A stretch of 64,000 bases of DNA, taken from positions 930,001 through 994,000 of the forward strand of contig ML996688.1 of assembly GCA_010356995.1 (NCBI GenBank), read 5' to 3'. The position numbers and the translations under genes are program-made. Of the stretch, positions 61,462 through 64,000 are shown piece by piece; the stretch's first letter is position 1; each line of letters begins with the position of its first letter. Under the pieces are notes generated by a model. It did not search any database, had not been told where the DNA came from, and saw nothing but the letters and a program-made list of their open reading frames with translations. Source of the stretch: Trichodelitschia bisporula (taxonomy: Eukaryota).

Positions 61462-64000
61462 TCACAGCGCGTAGTTCTCAGTATGCAGGAAAATCTCCTC
61501 CATACCATTCTCTCCTCTCAAAACCTTAGCCTGCAACTCCGCCACCGTCCTGCTCACCGCGACTCTCATCCCCGGCGGGCCGCACACGTACACACACGTC
61601 CGCTTCCCGAAACTGTGACTCATGTCCCGCAGCATGTACGGCAGGTCCGGGCGGCCGTACTCGGTGGACCACCCATCCGCCGCTCTTGCCGCGGCGGGCA
61701 AAAAAGCGAACCGCATTAGGCTTTTCTGGAACTCCGTTGGTGTGCTGGGGAACCCGAAATCGAATGTGCTGTTGCGGTTTTCGTCGGATGAGGCTTCGAC
61801 CGAGGCGACAACGCTCTCGTCCAGCGCACCCGTGTTCCCAGCTGCCACGGCGGTCGCGATATCGCGGCCTAGGTGCCGCCCGCCGGGTGGGGGCGTGTCC
61901 AGGCCTACATCTTCCAGGTCCTCGCCCGTGAGTTTGCGCTGCGTGTCCCGGATATGCGCCTCCGGCAGCGGCGCCACAACATCCGCATTCTCATCCCGGA
62001 GCTGCTTCTCCAAATCCGTATCCCCGGCGGCTTCTTCCCTTATCAGGGCGCTAGCCCTCTTACTCGCATAACTCGCCCTCTTCTCCGCGACACCCTGGAA
62101 CGCATCATTTACCCTATCGCGGAAATAGGATTGCAGGTGAGCTTGTGCTTGGGTTGTGGGGCCGGTCATACGGTGCGTCGTCCCCGCGCGCGCAGTAGGC
62201 TTGGGCAGGCGCTTCGCCGCCGTGATGAAGAACTGGCAGCGCACGGATTCAGGGGGTGCGCACTCGCGGCATATGCGCAGCTCTTCTTTGAACCATTCTA
62301 GGGTCTCGGGACGCTTGAGCGCCCATATGACCTGCACGTCGCGGGTCACGGCCTTGGCGTCGCGCATTCGCTTAATCAGGTCGAGGAGTTGTGATACAAG
62401 CGCTGTGACGCCGCTCCCGCCGGCGATCAGGATGACTTTGTCGAAGGACTCGAGCCGGCGGCGCATGCCGCCGTACGGCCCATCTAGGAAGGCGCGGTAG
62501 GTTTGCCATGGCCCCCGATCTAATGCGAGATCGAGGACCTTTTTGGTGAAGCCGCCGAAGGGGCGGAAGACGAGGATCATGTCCCTGTAGCCTTCGCCGT
62601 ATTCGCTGGGAAAGTCTTCGGAGCACAGTGAGGCGATGGTGAAGGGGTGGTTTTGGAAGACGGCGATGCCGGGCATGCGGATGTAGACGTATTGGCCCGG
62701 ACGCCATTTTACCTGCGTCGGGACGGTGATTTTAACGGCGTTTTCGGGGAGGACGGTGATTGCGGATTCGTCGCCGACGAGCCAGGAGAGGCGGAAGGGG
62801 TTGGTCCAATTTAGGAAGAAGAGGCGTGCGCAGTAGGAGGTTAGCCAGATGGCGAGGGTGGCGAAGAGGTAGTGCCAGGAGGTCAGGTAGTTGTGGCAGT
62901 GCCAGAAGAGCATGCCGAGATACACGATGGAGGCGGGGACGTGCAAGATGAGGAAGAGTTCGTAGGCGAGGCGCCGGAATACGGGGAGGGAATGGACGCA
63001 GAGGAAGATGAGGGGGACGAGGGCCGCAATACCTAGACTGGTCAGCAAGAAAAACCCTTACTTGCTCGTCAAGCACTTACCGGTTCCGTAAACGTAAAAA
63101 TGCTGGTTCTGAAACAGGGCGTTGAACGTCGCCTTCCCATCATGGTCCCACACCGGCGTCACATAGAACGGAATCGTATGGATCAGGCTCAAAATAAGGC
63201 AAATATAGGCCCCCCAGCGGTGCAACACATTGAGTCGCTCATGCCCGATTCCCGTCAGCAGCGACACGATATTCGCCTTCATCGCCATAGCCACGATCCA
63301 CGGCATCATCGCCACAGCCAGCATGCCGGCGCGGATGGCCAGCGGCGGCGCACCGTAGGCGATGGAGTCGTAGTACCACGGCTGGGGCACGAAGGTGTAC
63401 AGGAGGGAGAAGGCGAGGCCGGCGAAGACGATGACGCAGACGCTGAGGGAGGGGAAGCCGATGGGTGTCCATTTTTTGCGGAGGCGGATGTCAGGGATGG
63501 GGCGGTAGAAGATGAAGCGGAAGAGGGCGACGAGTTTGTTCACGGGCTTGAAGCCGACGGACATGAAGTCAGGCGCGAATTTCTCTTCTTTTTGCGAGGG
63601 GAGCGGGCCGTGCGGTGGGAAAAACTTGTTCGTTGACTTGTCGGTTGGAAACGCTGTTAACTCGTAGTCGTTGATCGGCGAGGACGTCTGCGACGATTTC
63701 CGGATCTCCTCTTCGTGGATGGCCGCCCGTATGCGATCGGTAAAAGCATGGTAGGCGTGCAGCACCGACGTGACGACCAGCAGAATGATGGCGAAATACA
63801 CCCATCCCAACGCATATTTCCCGCTCTTTCCCCACGGATCCTGCTTCGACGCAGCCACCAGTCCGGGCGCACTGCTCGCATTGACGGGGATGTAGACGCG
63901 CTCGACGAGCGTATGGAGTGCGAAATCCAGTCCTCGATGTACCGGCTGCCAGGCGTGGTCCAGTTGTTGGAATGCCTCCTCTGCTCGCCTCTTCACGATT
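61462..64000 (-). CDS. Ferric/cupric reductase (FRE family); intron 63080-63033; 5' end probably outside the window
   Basis: Heme-binding His segments LNVLHRW..LIH and LHV..WH; PGQY; HPFT (FAD); DGPYGG; IAGGSG; VCGP; HTENY. Confidence 0.93.

Noticed and set aside
1..64000. Transposons, LTRs or RIP-mutated AT-rich islands
   Set aside because: No transposase or RT motifs, terminal repeats or AT-rich blocks were seen.

Overview
Eukaryotic genomic DNA from a filamentous ascomycete (Pezizomycotina). The evidence is short GT-AG introns with CTRAC-type branch points and fungal gene families; a Dothideomycete is likely but that is inference. About 22 protein-coding genes can be built by hand: a Mek1-like FHA kinase (partial), RPL41, a small type-I membrane protein, a GH3 beta-glucosidase, a secreted alpha/beta-hydrolase, three adjacent Myb/SANT transcription factors separated by 5-6 kb of non-coding DNA, RPL23, a GH43 arabinanase, a CDF metal transporter, TIM50, an amidase, a GGCT-like protein, a YCII/DGPF protein, XPF/Rad1, an MFS transporter, a 3-beta-HSD-like SDR, a secreted Pro-Lys-Gly repeat protein, an SGNH esterase, CNL1 and a ferric reductase (partial). 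I recognised no tRNA, rRNA, transposon or CRISPR. The main points of interest are: (1) the Myb triad, with a shared intron position and long leaders; (2) the missing in-frame AUG of the third Myb; (3) the PKG-repeat secreted protein; (4) alternating C-rich and G-rich blocks inside exons. All gene models were read by eye, without alignments or expression data.
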